From Ostreococcus lucimarinus (lineage: Eukaryota), in NCBI GenBank assembly GCA_000092065.1, contig CP000590.1: a stretch of DNA of 64,000 nt. One strand, written 5' to 3'. Under the pieces are notes generated by a model. It searched no databases. It was not told the DNA's origin and saw only the letters and a list, made by a program, of their open reading frames with translations. Positions 62,636 to 64,000 of this stretch are shown here, piece after piece. Position numbers and translations under genes: made by a program. Within the stretch, counting starts at the first letter, position 1. Each line of letters begins with the position of its first letter.

Positions 62636-63388
62636 CTATCGCGAGTTCGCTCGCGTCTTGACCAATTTCACCTCGAACACCATCGGTTCGTCGTTCGCGC
62701 TCAGACGAATAATCTGACGCTGTTGGCCAAACTCGGGTGGCCGCGGCGCGAATCGAGATAACTTTGGATCGTCCTTATACCCCAAATCGGCCTTGATGAG
62801 CGCCTTGCGCTTCGCTCCCGGTTTCATGCCCGTCAAGAGCTCGTCCAAACCCGCGATCAAGTTCCCATCCGGGCCTAACTTTGCCTCGAACGGGTCGCCG
62901 TTTCCGCATCCGATGCCGCAGTCGACGGTGCCGTAGATGAAATATCCATTCGCGCGGCGCATGACGTATTCAAAAACCGCCACGTCACCCGCGCGCGCCG
63001 GTTCACCGATGCCCTCGTTGACGTCCTCGTACACCAAACCGCTCGGCGTTTTCACGTACTTCGCCGCGGGTCCGCTCGACGCCAAGCCCGGCGAGCTCCA
63101 GTCGCCGGCGTCCGACGCCGCGCGCGCCGCGTTCGTCGTCGTCGCGCTCGCCGCCGCCGCCATCGCGAGCGCGAGCGACGCGAGCGTCATCTCGCGTCGT
63201 CGCGCGGAGGTCGTCGCGCGCGCGCTCGCGCTCGCGCGTTCGTCGTCGCGTTCGTCGTCGCGAGAGGTTGACGCGCGCGCGACGCCGACGCGCGCGCGGT
63301 GCGCGACACCGGACGACGCGGTGCGCGCGCGCAGGACGCGCGTTCGCGGGCGAGCGACGGGCGCGTTCGTCGTCGCGGACGCGAGCAT
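62636..63388 (-). CDS. FKBP-type peptidyl-prolyl cis-trans isomerase, predicted thylakoid-lumenal (Tat signal).
   Basis: The FKBP domain has GLVYEDVNEGIGEPARAGDVAVFEYV...PFEAKLG...LIAGLDELLTGMKPGAKRKALIKADLGY. The N-terminal ...ARRREMTLASLALAMAAAASA carries a twin-arginine motif after a Ser/Arg-rich transit peptide. Confidence 0.7.
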   Translation of the reverse strand: MLASATTNAPVARPRTRVLRARTASSGVAHRARVGVARASTSRDDERDDERASASARATTSARRREMTLASLALAMAAAASATTTNAARAASDAGDWSSPGLASSGPAAKYVKTPSGLVYEDVNEGIGEPARAGDVAVFEYVMRRANGYFIYGTVDCGIGCGNGDPFEAKLGPDGNLIAGLDELLTGMKPGAKRKALIKADLGYKDDPKLSRFAPRPPEFGQQRQIIRLSANDEPMVFEVKLVKTRANSR

Positions 63389-63476
63389 GGTGGATCGTCG
63401 AGGGGCGTCGCGCGTCGACGTGTGACGTTTCCATTACAGAACGAGGACGCGCTCTATGTAGCTCGTCGTGAACGAA

Positions 63477-63508
63477 TGATGGATGGATGGATGGATGGAT
63501 GGATGGAT
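63477..63508. repeat. (GGAT)8 tetranucleotide microsatellite.
   Basis: Direct inspection: atggatggatggatggatggatggatggatg. Confidence 0.9.
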
Positions 63509-63551
63509 GTTTGAGTGATTGCGTGCAACTCGATTCTTTCCTCGACGTCGC

Positions 63552-64000
63552 TCACGCGTCGTCACCGAGCATGCCGGCCAAAATTTCTGGATGCGGCGTC
63601 GGCGGCAACGGCGGCGCGGCGGCGGTCGCCGCCGGCGCGCTCGTGGTCGGGGCGAAGATGTCTTCGTAACCGCTGCGTCCGCCGTTGGCGCCGTCGCTTC
63701 CAACTCTCAATGCAGACGTGAACGGGTCGTCGTCCGTGCCCGTGGTGCTGGCCAAGAAGGACTGAATAGCTCCGTCGGCGAGGCCCCACTGGTCGTACGC
63801 GGCGTCGAAAGACGTCGACGACAGGGGCGTCGATGGCATCGCTGATTCAAATCCAGGCGGCACGCGCACGGATGAGTGATTCGGCGACGCCGGCAGCGCA
63901 TCGATAGCGTGCGACGACATGCGTCGGACTTCGCCGAGAGGCGCCACGGGGGGCAACGGCGGATTGATTTCGCTCGGCGGACGCGCGTACTCGGGCGGCG
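63552..64000 (-). CDS. 3' part of an unidentified gene that continues beyond the window end (Ser/Pro/Ala-rich C-terminus).
   Basis: The ORF is open to the window edge on the minus strand. Composition is biased but includes W, F, Y, Q (…FDAAYDQWGLADGAIQSFLASTTGTDDDPFTSALRVGSDG…). No family was recognised. Confidence 0.25.
   Translation of the reverse strand, partial: PPEYARPPSEINPPLPPVAPLGEVRRMSSHAIDALPASPNHSSVRVPPGFESAMPSTPLSSTSFDAAYDQWGLADGAIQSFLASTTGTDDDPFTSALRVGSDGANGGRSGYEDIFAPTTSAPAATAAAPPLPPTPHPEILAGMLGDDA

Noticed and set aside
1-64000. Interpretation of the window as a prokaryotic operon region or genomic island
   Set aside because: Spliceosomal introns with GTGCGT donors and CTGAC branch points, an intron-containing tRNA with the eukaryotic G3:U70 architecture, and nucleoporin, RanBP1, Mps1, eIF3j and pICln genes all establish a eukaryotic nuclear origin. 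The gene density and short spacers reflect a compact algal genome rather than operons.

Overview
This window is GC-rich (estimated >65%), CpG-rich, gene-dense eukaryotic nuclear DNA, not prokaryotic. The evidence is a set of clearly eukaryotic genes (nucleoporin Nup155, RanBP1, Mps1/TTK kinase, Prp28/DDX23, eIF3j, pICln, a MYB factor, 60S RPL31). Spliceosomal introns show GTGCGT/GTGAGT/GTACGT/GTAAGT donors and a strong CTGAC branch point 20-35 nt before the AG. There is also a nuclear-type tRNA-Ala(UGC) with the G3:U70 identity pair and a 38-nt intron at the canonical 37/38 position. The gene set also includes plant-type beta-carotene hydroxylase, three twin-arginine thylakoid-lumen proteins and a BADH-type ALDH ending in -SKL. 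Together with compact intergenic spacers, short introns and head-to-head starts separated by 15-220 bp, this points (inference) to a small GC-rich green alga of the Mamiellophyceae type (Micromonas-like). I call about 38 protein genes (some with exon structure worked out by hand), 1 tRNA and several tandem or simple repeats. The most unusual feature is a single uninterrupted 15.4-kb ORF (5144 aa, 23949..39383). It encodes an N-terminal NT-C2-like domain followed by about 33 filamin/ABP280-type Ig repeats, interrupted twice by long blocks of Ala-rich helical repeats that resemble the prokaryote-type MgtE_N/FliG 'armadillo-like' repeat. I have not seen this architecture described. Other points of interest are: an AMADH/BADH-type aldehyde dehydrogenase sharing a roughly 74-bp divergent promoter with a GABA transaminase, a likely coregulated polyamine to GABA to succinic semialdehyde module; an in-frame 105-nt intron hidden inside the RanBP1 ORF; very short first exons (23-24 nt) in RAD23 and RanBP1; a 37-bp tandem triplication that duplicates the stop codon of an NmrA-like gene; and palindromic CCATGG contexts at head-to-head gene starts. 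Many long R/A/S-rich ORFs on both strands are artefacts of the CGCGAC-type low-complexity composition and were rejected. No CRISPR arrays, rRNAs or obvious transposons were seen.
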